NCBI GenBank assembly: GCA_964016885.1
Contig: OZ024742.1
Coordinates: 138,818,001-138,882,000, forward strand
Source: Eledone cirrhosa
Lineage: Eukaryota
Length of the DNA: 64,000 bases
Direction: 5' to 3'
The notes beneath the pieces are model-generated. The model was not told the origin of the DNA and searched no databases. It saw only the letters and a program-made list of their open reading frames with translations. Made by a program: the position numbers and the translations under genes. Position 1 is the first letter of the stretch. Each line of letters opens with the position of its first letter. Shown here piece by piece: positions 1 through 12,891 of the stretch.

Positions 1-2997
1 ACATCTGGAACAAAGATACGGTCATTGAGGAAATGAATGTTGACGGGCTAGGACAAGATTTGGTTGATATCCTAAACTTAGTGGTAGATGAAATGAACAA
101 TGATAGTGGGAAACCTATGAACCTAAGATTTGTAGACAAGAAAAAGTTAGAAGAAACAACAGCTAAGGTAAACAAAGTCATCCCATACCTTGAGGCGAGG
201 AGCCTTCACCAGTGCAACAATATCCTCAAAGCAATAGCAAATGCGGTGAGGAAATTACTTGGCATAAAAGCGAGAGGAAACAACAAACAAGAAAGATCAG
301 AACCTTGGTGGAAGAAACGACTGAATGGTCAAATCGGGGAAATGAGAAATGACATTGGAAAGCTGAATGGGACACTAAAAAACATAGACACTAAAAATAG
401 ACTTGAAATAAAGTACAAAACTAGGAGGAAAAGGCTAAATATTATCATAGAGGAACTGAAGCAACGCATTATAGCAAAGAGTGCAAAAATTAGGCGATAC
501 GAGAGCAGAGTCAGTCAGTATAGACAGAACCTCATGTTTGACAACAACCAGAAGATGTTGTTTGGACAGCTTGAAGAGAAAGAAAGAGGCAACGACTTGA
601 TCCCTGAGGCGGAACAAACTAAGACATTCTGGAGAGGAATATGGGAGCAGGATGTTAAACATAATGACCAGGCAGTGTGGATTGAGACAGTACAAAAGGA
701 GATTAGTGAACAGGCACACCAACAAACTGATTTGAGTATCACAGTTGAAACTCTCAAGGAGCAGGCTAAAAAACTAACCAGCTGTAGATCACCAGGCCCA
801 GATGGTGTGCAGGGGTATTGGATTAAAAATGTAACATCCCTCCACCCGAAACTGACAACCATGTTCAATGACTGCTTGATGTCAGGTGAGGTACCAGAGT
901 GGTTGACAAAAGGTACCACAGTTCTGGTAATCAAAGACCGAATCAAGGATAATGATGTTACCAACTATAGACCTATCACATGACTGTCAGTAATGTGGAA
1001 ACTGTTAACGAGCATTGTGTCTGAGGAAATCTACCATCACCTCCACACAAACAACTTGTTACCGGACGAACAGAAAGGATGCCGAAAGAAGACCCGTGGT
1101 ACAAAGGACCAGTTACTTATTGATAAGATGGTAATGAGGAATTGCAAGAGGAGACACACTGGTATTGCCATGGGATGGATAGAATACAAAAAGGCATTTG
1201 ACATGGTGCCTCATTCTTGGATCACCAAAAGCCTAGAGATCTTCAAGGTGGCAGATAACATCAGACAGTTGTTGAGCAAAAGTATGAAGTCCTGGAAAAC
1301 ACAGTAAACATCAGCTGGAGAATCCTTGGGAGGCGTGAAGATCAAGAGAGGTATCTTCCAGGGAGATAGTCTGTCCCCTCTGTTGTTTGTCCTTGCCCTG
1401 ATGCCCCTGACCATTATACTGCGAAAAGTGAGAGCAGGATACAAGTTGGGAAAGGGAGAGCTTACCATCAATCACCTCCTCTTCATGGACGATCTTAAGC
1501 TCTTCGGGAAGAGTGAGAAGGAGTTGGATGTGCTTGTTGACACTGTCCGTATTTTCACCAATGATATATATATGCAATTTGGTATTAGTAAGTGTGGAGT
1601 CCTTGTGATGAAGAGGGGTAAATTGAGCAGAAGCAACGGAATCCAGGTACCAACAGGTGAGATGATAAAGGAAATTTATACTGAAGAAGGATACAAGTAT
1701 TTGGGTATTCTGGAGGCTGATGTCATCAAAAACAAAAAAATGAAGGAATTGATAAGATCTGAATACATTCGGAGAGTAAGGAGCGTATTAAAGTCACATC
1801 TGAACAGTAGGAATGCCATAAGTGCAGTAAATTCCAGAGCTGTGTCTATTGTTAGGTACAGTGCGGAAATTCTGAGATGGAATGTTGCTGAACAAAAAGA
1901 AATGGATAGGAAGACTAGGAAGCTATTGACTATCTACAACATGTTCCACAAGAGGAGTAATGTCGATAGACTCTACTTAAGGAGATCTGAAGGTGGAAGA
2001 GGTCTTATCAGCATAGAGGACTGTGTTCAGATGGAGAAAAACAACCTGCACAAATACGTGACCGATAGTATGGAGCCAATGCTCAGAATTGTACTGAAGG
2101 AGAGGACAATAGACCAGGGGATGTCCAGGAGGAAATAACAACGAGGAGAAAGAGCAACCTTCATGAAAAATCCCTTCATACTACCTTCTTTGAGAAAACG
2201 GAATTCAGAGATCCACAGACATGGAACTGGTTGAGAAGAGGAGACCTTAAAAAGGCTACAGAAGGAATGCTAATGGCTGCGCAAGAGCAGGCCCTCAAAA
2301 CGAAGTGGCTGAAACACCATATTTACAAGGAGGAGGCTAGCCCACTGTGCAGGATCTGTGGAGAGAGAGATGAGACTGTGGCTCACATTGTATCTGAGTG
2401 TAAACACCTAGACCAGACTCACTATAAAGGCTGGAGACAGGATGTGATGGGCAGGGTGATCCACTGGCACCTATGCAAAGTAAACAATTTACCACATTCT
2501 GAGAAGTGGTATGAGCATAAGCCAGAGTCGGTGATAGAAAACGATCAGGTGAAAGTGCTGTGGGATTTTAGGATACAGACGGACAAGAAACTGCAACACA
2601 ATAGACCTGACTTGGTGGTTTTGGACAAGGAAAAAAGATCGTGTCTGGTTGTGGATGTGGCCTGCCCATTCGACACGAGAGTGCAAGAGAAGGAGGGGGA
2701 GAAAATTAACCGATACCAGGACTTAAAGTGGGAGGTAAAAAGGATTTGGAACTGCCATGAAGTCAAAGTTGTCCCGATTGTCATAGGCGCACTAGGTACT
2801 ATCTCAAAAAGTTTCCATGGATGGTTAAAGAAAATTGGCCCCGCCCCGCTTTTTGGAACACTTCAAAAGGCATGCTTGCTGGGAACAGCAAGAACCCACT
2901 GATACGTCCTGAATATCTGAGGCTGTAGGTAGTGGCTTGATATTCATTTCAACAAACTTTCCAGTTAACTAACATCAATGACTGAGACTCAAAGAAC

Positions 2998-2998
<1 letters not shown>
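1..2998 (+). mobile_element. R4/Dong-clade non-LTR retrotransposon (RT + restriction-like endonuclease), degraded; 5' end lies outside the window
   Basis: Consecutive ORF pieces 33-983, 993-1307, 1326-2138 and 2231-2902 are broken by stops and frameshifts. RT motifs: [50 protein letters not shown]. These are followed by a CCHC knuckle (CRICGERDETVAHIVSEC) and an RLE (RPDLVV..VDVACP..EK..Y). The element ends directly in (AAT)n, as known for Dong/R4. Confidence 0.9.
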
Positions 2999-3076
<78 letters not shown>

Positions 3077-3150
3077 CTTTCTTTATTAACCACAAGTGTT
3101 TACACAAAGTAGACATTAATAATAATAATAATAATAATTATAATAATAAT
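2998..3150. repeat. (AAT)n microsatellite (Dong tail/target), interrupted by a ~40-bp Tx1-like 3'-end scrap
   Basis: AAT run at 2998-3074 and again at 3118-3150. The insert tttctttattaaccacaag resembles the element ends at 6158 and 40733. Confidence 0.85.
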
Positions 3151-4390
3151 AGAACTTGCTTACAAGACCAGCATCATTGGACTGGCCAAATACCTTGAAA
3201 CAACTAACGACTGTATGCTGAAACTTGTTGAAAAGCATGAGAGAAGTAAGAAGCTTCATTCTATCTTGAAGGAGAGTAAAGATATGCTACTGATCGCATG
3301 CTTGATACCCAGGCTGGACAGACTAAAGAAACTGTTGCAACTGATGCTGCTAGGCACATAAAATCACTGGCAAAAGCAAAAGGGCAAGGACAATTAGCAT
3401 CAAATTGGAAGCAGAAACCTCTGCATGGCAAATATGTGGCCCGTAGCAAACAAGCTGATGTTGACCAAAAGCACACCCATCAGTGGATACGTAGTTCAGG
3501 GCTAAAGGCGGAGAGTGAAGGCTTCATCTTAGCTGCCCAAGATCAAAGCTTATTGACTCGTAATTACCAGGCCAATGTGATGAGAAACGGAATAAACCCA
3601 AAGTGCCGATTCTGCAAGGCTGAGGTTGAAACAGTGGATCACTTAGTCTCTGGATGTAAAGTTTTAGCACCAGTAGAATACAAATATAGACATGACAGAT
3701 TTGGCCAATATCTACACTGGGTAATATGTCGGCATTACAAAATCAAAGCTGAAGACAAGTGGTACAATCATCACCCTGAGGCTGTAACTGAAGGAGAAAA
3801 AGTAACAATTCTCTGGAACTTTCCTGTACATACTGGCAGGACCATAAAAGCAAGTAGACCTGACATCATTATAAAAGATCAACATAGCAAGGTCTGTTTA
3901 TTGGTAGATATGAGTATCCCATGTGATCACAATATCACGGCAAAAGAATTTGACAAGCTACGAAAATATAAAGATCTGCTTTTTGAAATTGAGAAAATGT
4001 GGCACCTCAAGGCCGTTACAATACCATGATTGTGGGAGGACTGGGAATGATCAAGAAAGGAACAGAACAATATTTGCCAATGATTCCTTGTTTACCCTCT
4101 CTGCAGAAGGTGCAAAAAATTGTTTTGACTGGTTCTGCACACGTATTGAGAAGAGCACTATCTCTGTAAGATTGATATCCCTCCTTGTATTTACATATGC
4201 ATATGCACATGTGTATATATGTATACTGTTTTATAATTATAATTTAATTATAATCAATCTGCTGTGTTAATTGGCTTACCAATGCACACTGTGAATTAAT
4301 TTTCCCTAGGTGTCAGGAAGACACTCGGCATATATCTCAGAAATAATAATGAAAGAAAATAAAATAATAATAGTAATAATAATAATAAAT
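3151..4390 (+). mobile_element. Second, 5'-truncated R4/Dong-type element (different subfamily)
   Basis: ORF 3298-4029: KPLHGKY, ESEGFILAAQDQ, CRFCKAEVETVDHLVSGC, RHD, RPDIII..VDMSIP..K..KY. A frameshift precedes the IVGGLG end. The 3' UTR ends in AAT repeats at ~4363-4390. Confidence 0.88.
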
Positions 4391-4525
4391 GGGAAATAAG
4401 AATCAGTATTGCATCATATAAATATTTAATTACATATTACATATGTTTCACTGCCAATCAGTTCGAAGAATGATCGAATAATGTTCGATCCTGACTCGGG
4501 AGGTCCTCAAATTTATTATTATTAT

Positions 4526-4640
4526 CCCGCCGAGGTTGACTTTGCCTTTCATCCTTACGGGGTCGATAAAATAAAGTACCAGTAATGCACTGAGTGATTG
4601 CTGGCCTTGTGCCTAAAGTAGAAACAATTATTATTATTGA
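4526..4640 (+). mobile_element. tRNA-derived SINE family A, 3' part
   Basis: cccgccgaggttgactttgcctttcatccttacggggtcgataaaataaagtaccag...gtagaaacaattattatt; the reverse complement of the many minus-strand copies. Confidence 0.85.
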
Positions 4641-4756
4641 TTATTTGCTCCCCAAGAGCATCGAGTCCTCATCTTGGCATACGGCCTGTCAACGCAATTC
4701 ATTTGCACCTCTAATACCTATATATATATTATGTTTGTATATATATATATGAAATT

Positions 4757-4947
4757 TGGAACTTGACTCGTTCTTCCTCACTTTTCGTTGCTTCACCATC
4801 TTTGTTTGTTTACACTCTCGCTGTCTCCTTTATTTACGTGTCCCAACGACTTTTTTTTTAGCCGTTGCTCGCACCCGGAGGTATATGGTCTTTAAAGCGA
4901 AGCAATACCTGTGATGGTTGGAAGATCACTGATGAAGGACCACTTTA

Positions 4948-5030
<83 letters not shown>

Positions 5031-6043
5031 ATGTATATATATATATATGATAATAAGGGCGCTGCGGAGTTGCAAATGGGTTACATATGAAAAAAGTTTG
5101 TCCTTCATCAGTGATCTTCCAACCATCATAGGCATTTCATCGCTTTAAAGACCATATACCTCCGGTTGGTGCGAGCAACGGCTAAAAAAGTCGTTGGGAC
5201 ACGTAAATAAAGGGGACGCGAGGGTAAACAAACAAAATGGTGAGGCAACAGAAAGTGAGGAAGAAGGAGACAAGTCCCAGATTTCTATGAATTTAAGTTC
5301 GGTGAAATCGTGAACGAGAGAATAAAGACCATCAAACCTGGTTGAAATGTGAGCAAGGAAGGAATTTCGCACAGGTCTAACGGGAGGAAGAAGGGGTCTG
5401 GTCTGCGAATTCGGTAAACATAAGTTCTGTGAAATCGTAGACGAGAGAGAAAAAATTCCGACCAGCTTGGCCGAGAATGTGAGAGAAAAGAGTTACTAAC
5501 AGGTCAAACGGGAAGAAAGAGGAGGAGGAGGAGAGGTAGTGACAGAGAATGAGTGAGTGAAGGGTGAGGTGAGGAAGAGGCTAACAGAGAGAGAGACTGC
5601 TAGAAAGGGTAAAGATACATAGAACGAAAAAGACGGTGTAGCAGCAGAGGAAAAAATATGTGTAAATATGATAATAAGGGCGCTGCGGAGTTGCAAATGG
5701 GTTACATATGAAAAAAGTTTGTCCTTCATCAGTGATCTTCCAACTATCATAGGCATTTCATACCTGTGCGAAATTCCTTCCTTGCTCGCATTTCAACCAG
5801 GTTTGATGGTCTTTATTCTCTCGTTCACGATTTCACCGAACTTAAATTCATAGAAATCTGGGACTTGTCTCCTTCTTCCTCACTTTCTGTTGCCTCACCA
5901 TTTTGTTTGTTTACCCTCGCGTCCCCTTTATTTACGTATCCCAACGACTTTTTTTAGCCGTTGCTCGCACCAACCGAAGGTATATGGTCTTTAAAGCGAT
6001 GAAATGCCTATGATAGTTGGAAGATCACTGATGAAGGACAAAC

Positions 6044-6046
<3 letters not shown>
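4757..6046 (-). mobile_element. (TA)n-flanked non-coding element with ~93-bp direct repeats (5047-5140 / 5668-5760), an inverted copy (5761-6046), and an older copy at 4757-4945
   Basis: The direct repeat atgataataagggcgc...ggcatttca occurs at 5047 and 5668. 5761-6046 is the reverse complement of ~5091-5376. The architecture resembles Penelope-like partial-tandem/inverted ends. Confidence 0.65.
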
Positions 6047-6139
<93 letters not shown>

Positions 6140-6157
6140 GAGAAATAGATAGATAGA

Positions 6158-6250
6158 TTTCTTTATTAGCCACAAGGGCGCAACAAGAAAGGGGACAATA
6201 CAAAGACATGCCGGGGATTTTACATACAGTAGTGTAAAAAAATATAAAAA
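6158..6250 (-). mobile_element. Tx1-type LINE 3'-end fragment next to (GA)n/(GATA)n
   Basis: tttctttattagccacaagggcgcaacaagaaaggggacaatacaaag matches the terminus of the Tx1 element at 40733-40790. Confidence 0.6.
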
Positions 6251-6338
6251 CGAAATAGATAGATAGAAAGATAGATAGATAGATGGAAGACCCGTTAAGG
6301 TGAAAGGTGCGATTCTTTGCTTAAACTTTAATCTGTTA

Positions 6339-6370
<32 letters not shown>

Positions 6371-6774
6371 ATAAGGGTTGACGGACCCAGCATATTTATC
6401 AATATATATATATATTTATATGGTGTAAGTATAGTGTACACAAAAGAAGAGACTACACAATATATCTGTAGAGTAACATATTTCTTGTGCATTTTGGAAA
6501 GTCAAATATCACATAGTTCCTAGTAGCTTTATGTCAGTAGCTAGTGAAAAACCAGTCTACCTCTGACTATACCACCACGTTTTGTTGTATTTATATACTA
6601 TAGAAATCATCGTCCAAAGATTCATTTTATTAGATGACAGGGTATGGTTTGAGCCAGGTTTGGCTGCTACTTCCGGCTAGTGAAGTCACGAAATAAAGGT
6701 TCCCTGAAACAGACATGGCCTTCAAAATAACAGATTAACAATAACAGGAACCACAATAACAGCTGCAGTAACAA

Positions 6775-8050
6775 CTGTTTCTACTTTAGGCACAAGGCCA
6801 GCAATTACCCAGGGCATTACTGGTACTTTATTTTATCGACCCCGTAAGGATGAAAGGCAAAGTCAACCTCGGCGGGATTTGAACTCAGATCGTAAAGGGA
6901 CGTAACTATGCTGGAAAGCATGGCGTCCGACCCTCTACCGATACTGCTAATCCACGCAGTAATAACAACAGTTTTAGCAATAGTAACAACGGTAAGTAAC
7001 TAACAACAATAGTAACAACAGTAAGAAACGTAAAAACAGAATAATATGTGCAAATGGGGCATTAAACAACAGTAACAACAGTAAAGATAACAACAATAAC
7101 AGACACAGAAGGAACAATAATAGCAGCAATATTACCAGTAATAATTGTTTCTACATTTGGCACAAGGCCAGCAATTATGCCAGTGCATTACTGGTACTTT
7201 ATTTTATAGACTCCGTAGGGATGAAAGGCAAAGTTAATCTCGGTGGGATTTGAAATCTTTGCTGCAAAACATGGCGTCAGACCCTCTACCGATACTGCCA
7301 ATCCACCGCCCTCATATTACCAGTAATAATTATAGTAATAACAACATTAATAACAAAGGTATTAGAGCAACAAAGGCAGCTATAACAACAATAATAACAA
7401 AAGTAATAACAATAACAACAGCAATGACAACAGTCCTAACAACAATGATAATTACAGTAACAACAGCAATGACAACAGCAATAACAACAGCAATAACCAC
7501 AGTCATAACAACAGGAATAACATCAGTAATAAGTACAATATCCAATAACAACAGTGAAAACAATTAGAGTAATATATACAGTGGTGATAATGATAACATA
7601 AATAACAACATTAACAACAATAACGGTAGCCATAACAACACCAATAACAGTAATAATTGTTTCTACTTTTGGCACAAGACCAGCAATTACCCCAGTGTAT
7701 TACTGGTGTTTTATTTGATCGACCCCATAAGTATGAAAGGCAAAGTTAACCTCGGCTGGATTTGAACTCAGAAGGTAAAGGGTCGGAACTCTATGGTGTC
7801 AAACGCTCTACCGATACTGCCAATCCACCAATAGCAGTAATAATAACGGTTTCTTATTTAGTCACAAGGCCAACCATTCAATCGTTGATTCAATCGACCC
7901 CAGTGCGTGACTGGTACTTTATTTTATCGATCCCGCAAAGATGAAAGGCAAAGTTACCCTTGGCGGGATTTGAAATCAGAACGTAAAGGGTCACACCTCT
8001 ATGTTGCAAAGCATGGTGTCCGCCCCTCTACCGATACTGCCAATCCGCTG
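6775..8050 (-). mobile_element. Cluster of four SINE family A copies (6775-6955, 7143-7311, 7654-7830, 7848-8050) in AAC/AAT-rich low-complexity DNA
   Basis: On the minus strand the best copies read GTGGATTGGCAGTATCGG (A box) ... GAGTTCAAATCC (B box) ... GCCTTTCATCC..GGGGTCGATAAAATAAAGTACCAG ... GTAGAAACAATT. Confidence 0.85.
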
Positions 8051-8336
8051 CTCTACCAATATCAGTAACAATAACAACATTAAAAATATCAGCATTGAAA
8101 GACAAATAACAAAAACATTATGTTTATGAGTAACTGTCCGAATAACGACGACGATGACGATGACTATGGAAGAGTGAATTACACAAGAGAAACAGTTGTC
8201 ACTTTACAGGTGTTGCTATTGCATGTTGCTTAGTTAAACAACACATTCCCATGATATACCGGTACGTGCAAAGATTTCAAACTACTTTTTATATTTTGCT
8301 TTCTCAGTCGCATTCTATTGTTTATTTATTCATTTA

Positions 8337-8367
<31 letters not shown>

Positions 8368-8492
8368 TTACATATTATATATATATATATATATATATAT
8401 GAGAAACGTAAAATAAAAAAATTATAAAATTAACTTACTAAAATATCACTTCCAACTAATTAGTTTCTGGAATGGAGTAAATATATTTTCAG

Positions 8493-8534
<42 letters not shown>

Positions 8535-8569
8535 TATAATAGAATATAAAAGAAAAACGAACACAGATA

Positions 8570-9060
8570 TATAGATATATGTGTTCAAATCGTAAGAGAC
8601 CTGATTCGCTAAGCTGAAAAGAATACCACAATTCCAGTTTGTATTTATTTTCTTAATTTTTTCTTAAATTGAGACAAGCGAACCCAATTGTCTGTAGTTA
8701 GTATTCTTTTCACCTTAGCGAATCAGGTCCCTTACGGTTTGAACACATATGTCTATATGTCTGTGTTCGTTTTTCTATTATAATATACGGCTCAGAAATA
8801 TTTCTTTCTTACAGCTATTTTGTTGTAAAAGACTATTTTAGCTCAACGACTATTGATTAGCTCAACGTTCGATCTGTATCGATCTAGCCCGACTCTGGAA
8901 TCAAAAACGCGTCGGACCTCTGCTGTTGTAATGACAGAGGTCCGGCGAGCTTTTGATTCCAGAGTCGGGCTAGATCGATACAGATCGTACCTTGAGCTGA
9001 TCAATAGCGGAACACGCGTCACTAGTCAATAGACGTAATGAAGACATAACAAATCGTCCT
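8570..9060 (+). repeat. (TA)n-flanked element with inverted repeat (8570-8626 vs 8701-8770) and a long hairpin (8850-9008)
   Basis: Reverse-complement arms are directly visible. The 8785-8835 segment resembles 55508-55558. Confidence 0.7.
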
Positions 9061-9065
9061 TTTAT

Positions 9066-9124
<59 letters not shown>

Positions 9125-9218
9125 GTGTGTGTGCGTACGTACCTACATACCTGCCTGCCTAATTTTTAACTTCTACCAACTCAAATATCTCTCTGTCTGC
9201 CATGTATGCATTTATGTG

Positions 9219-9250
<32 letters not shown>

Positions 9251-9260
9251 CATATATATA

Positions 9261-9334
<74 letters not shown>

Positions 9335-9357
9335 TATATATATATATATATATATAT

Positions 9358-9404
<47 letters not shown>

Positions 9405-9405
<1 letters not shown>

Positions 9406-9540
9406 CGAAGGAAATGTGGTAAGGAACCAGGTGGACCATAACGCACCAAAGTACTCAATACTTAGGGTAGTAGAGTGGGTAATAGGAACCAGTAAGACCC
9501 CGACGGCAGATCTCAAGCCATTTCGACGGCTAATTCTGGA
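9405..9540 (-). repeat. Dispersed Penelope-like terminal-repeat family (also at 49109-49305 and 54940-55130)
   Basis: Shared sequence gtggtaaggaaccaggtggacc..gcacc..agtactc.atactt.gggtagtagagtgggtaataggaa...gaccccgacggc. It carries the 3' half of a hammerhead (GAAA-YGGC..GCCG-TC-GGGG). Confidence 0.7.
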
Positions 9541-9645
9541 CAAAAAAGACTCGAGTTGGATTTTCGATTTCATCTTGTTTCCTTATACTTTCACTCGTGT
9601 AGGACTCCTCATTTTTTTCATTTTGTAAAAAAACCTCACTCTGTA

Positions 9646-9763
<118 letters not shown>

Positions 9764-9849
9764 GGTAAACAGAAACAAAAATACAATCGGTACAGTATAT
9801 GGAAGAAATATATTAAGTCAACGTTTGAAATAGCAGGAAGAGGGTCTTC

Positions 9850-10098
9850 GGACAAATGGAACGCCGTTTGGCGGACCGTTTTGCTGAGCATTTGAGGGAC
9901 ATACGACTCGGTTTGGATAATCCCGTCGTCCGTCATTTCCGTTCTCCTGGTCACTCTTCCTTACATGTCTCAGTCCTGGATGTCCTTTTACATCACGGAT
10001 CACAGGCCGCCTCGCGCACTATGACTGAACAGAGTCTGATTTGCCACCTAGGGTCATACTTCCTTTATGGACTCAACTCCCCTCCCCAATGTCTTTAA
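9850..10098 (+). pseudogene. GIY-YIG endonuclease C-terminal fragment of a Penelope-like element
   Basis: GQ..RRLADRFAEHLRDI...PVVRHF...GHS...R...EQSLI..LG....GLN matches the PLE GIY-YIG consensus. Confidence 0.75.
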
Positions 10099-11539
10099 TA
10101 CCCCGTCCGCTATACCACATGCGCTTGTATATTCACCTCTAGATTCTTAGGGCTCTCTTATGGTCAGAAACATATACTCTTACGCACACTCCACTTTTCC
10201 TTTCACAACTCTGTATACACACATACACTCTTATATTAACATACTTTTGCTCATAGCTTCGTACTTGCAAGCACATAAACACTATTTTACTTACATATAC
10301 ACACACATATCCTCTTAGCTTCGTACAGACATATAATAACACACACACACATACGCAAACCCATACATATACGCATATACTTTTTTCTATATAAATACCT
10401 TTTTTTTTTTTTTTGCTTGTTTCAGTATGTTTGCATTACTGCAATGGCAATAAAAATGTGGTACAATGTATTTCTGAAACACATAAATATTTTTATTACT
10501 GCAGTTTCTGCAAGTAATTAGAGTAAAGTTGGCGTTTCTTACATAAAATCTCAGTAGCTGTATGTGAGCCAGGATCAAACATTGTTAGCCATAGACTGCA
10601 GCTAACTTAATAAGTACGTGGTCGTATTACCACCCGAAGTTTGGGCGGCTCGTATTGCCTTTACTGGTCAAACAATATTCATGAATTTATCTTTGATGTA
10701 AAGATATTCTATTCTGTAGTTATAGGCACAGACATGGCCGTATGGTTAAGAAGATCGGGTCCTGTCAGAAACAACCGTCTCCAATTGATCCGACTGTATC
10801 CCCAATCGAGACCAGCCAAGCTCATGGATTTTATCCAACCATCTTGCTTTGGATCTACCTCTGGGTGTCCTGCCGGTTAGTTTTACCCGTAAAATTCTTC
10901 TTCTTCTTCTTCTTCTTCTTCTTCTACTATTATAATACTAACATAAGTTTAGCCGGCCTGCTATAAAGTTGCATCTCATAGGTAGTTTTTTTTATACTTT
11001 CGTGATGGAGGTCATGTTCCAATTTTCCTAGTGACAAGAAACAAGATTTGAACTCTAAACGCTCAACGCTAGAACACATAATGCAAGGCTTCTTGTCCGA
11101 CGATCTAACAATCTCACCACCCTCGATAGGAATTTTATTTATCAACCACGAAATAATACGATCGCGATTACATGCGGTCGAAATGGGGTTCTTCTGAAGG
11201 GTTTTTGTAGTAACGTTTCTCGAAAGAATACGTAGCTAGAACAGAGAGGCGCTACAGGATGAGCCACTACTTCTCGAAATTAAGAGATCACAGAACCAAT
11301 CCTCGGGTATGTGGTTAGAATGTTTTAGGAAAGACGCACTAGGAAGATTTTACGGACAAAATCAACCGGCAGGAGACACAGGTGTAGACCCCGAGCAAGA
11401 TGGTTGGATAACATCCATGAGCTTGGGTGGTCTCGCTTGAGGAACCATCCGGATCAATTGCGGACGGTTGTTTCCGACAGGACTCGATGGAAGGAGTATT
11501 TGAGTTTACCCCCTCGACCCTCCCAGGGCATTGAAAGTG

Positions 11540-11883
11540 TCCTCTCCCAGTTTCTTTACCCCAGATTAGAAACGCATAGCCAGATTAGACCCGTGCGCCC
11601 TCATCAATCTCGCCAATCTTACCCATCTTTCATAAAACACAATAAAAGGCAGCAACTCCCTCTTTATCTCCACTTTCCTCTTTAAGTAGAACTTGAAGAG
11701 GTTTATGAAGTCTTGACCGGAGAGGAAGAATTGTGGTGTCTCCCTTGTAATAATAATAGTAATAAAGAAGAAGAAGAAGAAGAAGAAGAAGAAGAAGAAG
11801 AAGAAGAAGAAGAAGAAGAAGAAGAAGAAGAAGAAGAAGAAGAAGAAGAAGAAGAAGAAGAAGAAGAAGAAGAAGAAGAAGAA
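11540..11883 (-). mobile_element. Tx1-type ORF2 C-terminal fragment joined to an (AAT)-(GAA)n block
   Basis: Minus-strand FFLSGQDFINLFKFYLKRKV..RE...FYERWVRLARL resembles the C-terminus of the 41-kb Tx1 copy (FLSGQQLILFFKYY..FYERWVKVARM). (GAA)n runs 11767-11883. Confidence 0.7.
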
Positions 11884-12023
11884 AGTTGTCCTCAACGGGA
11901 TTTGAACATAGAGCGCATAGCACTTGAACCTTAGTTATAATAAAGGAAGGTCTGCGGGATTGCGTCCAGAATATATATTTTTTACCCCGTTTGTAAAATA
12001 AGTTGGTTTACTTTGAATAAATA

Positions 12024-12207
12024 ATTGTTTCTACTTTTGGCACAAGGCCAGCAATTATCCCAGTGCATTACTGGTACTTTATTCTATCGACCCCGTAAGG
12101 ATGAAAGGCAAAGTTAACCTCGGCGGGATTTGAACTCAGATCATAAAGGGAGGTAACTCTATGCTTCAAAGCATGGCGTCCGACCCTCTACCGATACTGC
12201 CAATCCA
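12024..12207 (-). mobile_element. SINE family A copy
   Basis: Full A box/B box/body match. Confidence 0.88.
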
Positions 12208-12891
12208 ATGAATGAATATTACATAATTTATGTGCTAAATTTCGTGGCTGTTGATTAAATATATTTCATAGCTTAATCTTTAAAATTATCAAATGTCAAC
12301 ACTTCCGGTTAGCGGCCGTTATATTATAACACTTATAATCGCATATATTTCCGTCGCTAATTTTCTCCTAATGCAGTTTATATATAATGTCGTATTTTTT
12401 TTAATATATCATGGATTACTTATTACAGAAGACAGTGTAACATAGGCTTTGTTCAATTTTTGTGTATATTGTCAATTATGATTTTATTTGATGTATCATA
12501 TCTACATGCATATATTGTGTATAATATCAATATACACACTACGCATGCTAGCAGAAAACCACACGTAGGGTGGTTTTTCTGCTAGTAATATTAACAGAGC
12601 ATTTAATTCCACACTAATGACTCTTCCAATTTATTGTCTAATTCCTATGATGACCAACCAATCATTTATTCAAATATAATGTATCTAGAACTACATTAGC
12701 CAATATGTTCTATCGTGTTACCGTTGTTGTTGTTGTTGAACTCCATGTCAACCCTGACATCCAGTGTTTTAACCATGTAATTCTAACTTTAACCCTAACA
12801 CTAGTTTTAATTCTAACATTAACACTTACACACTTATCTTTCTACACCTCTACCTTCACCTAAACCAACAATAAACACAAAACGTATACCG

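Noticed and set aside
12775-12830. Telomere-like taaccc motifs
   Set aside because: Only one or two degenerate units; not an array.
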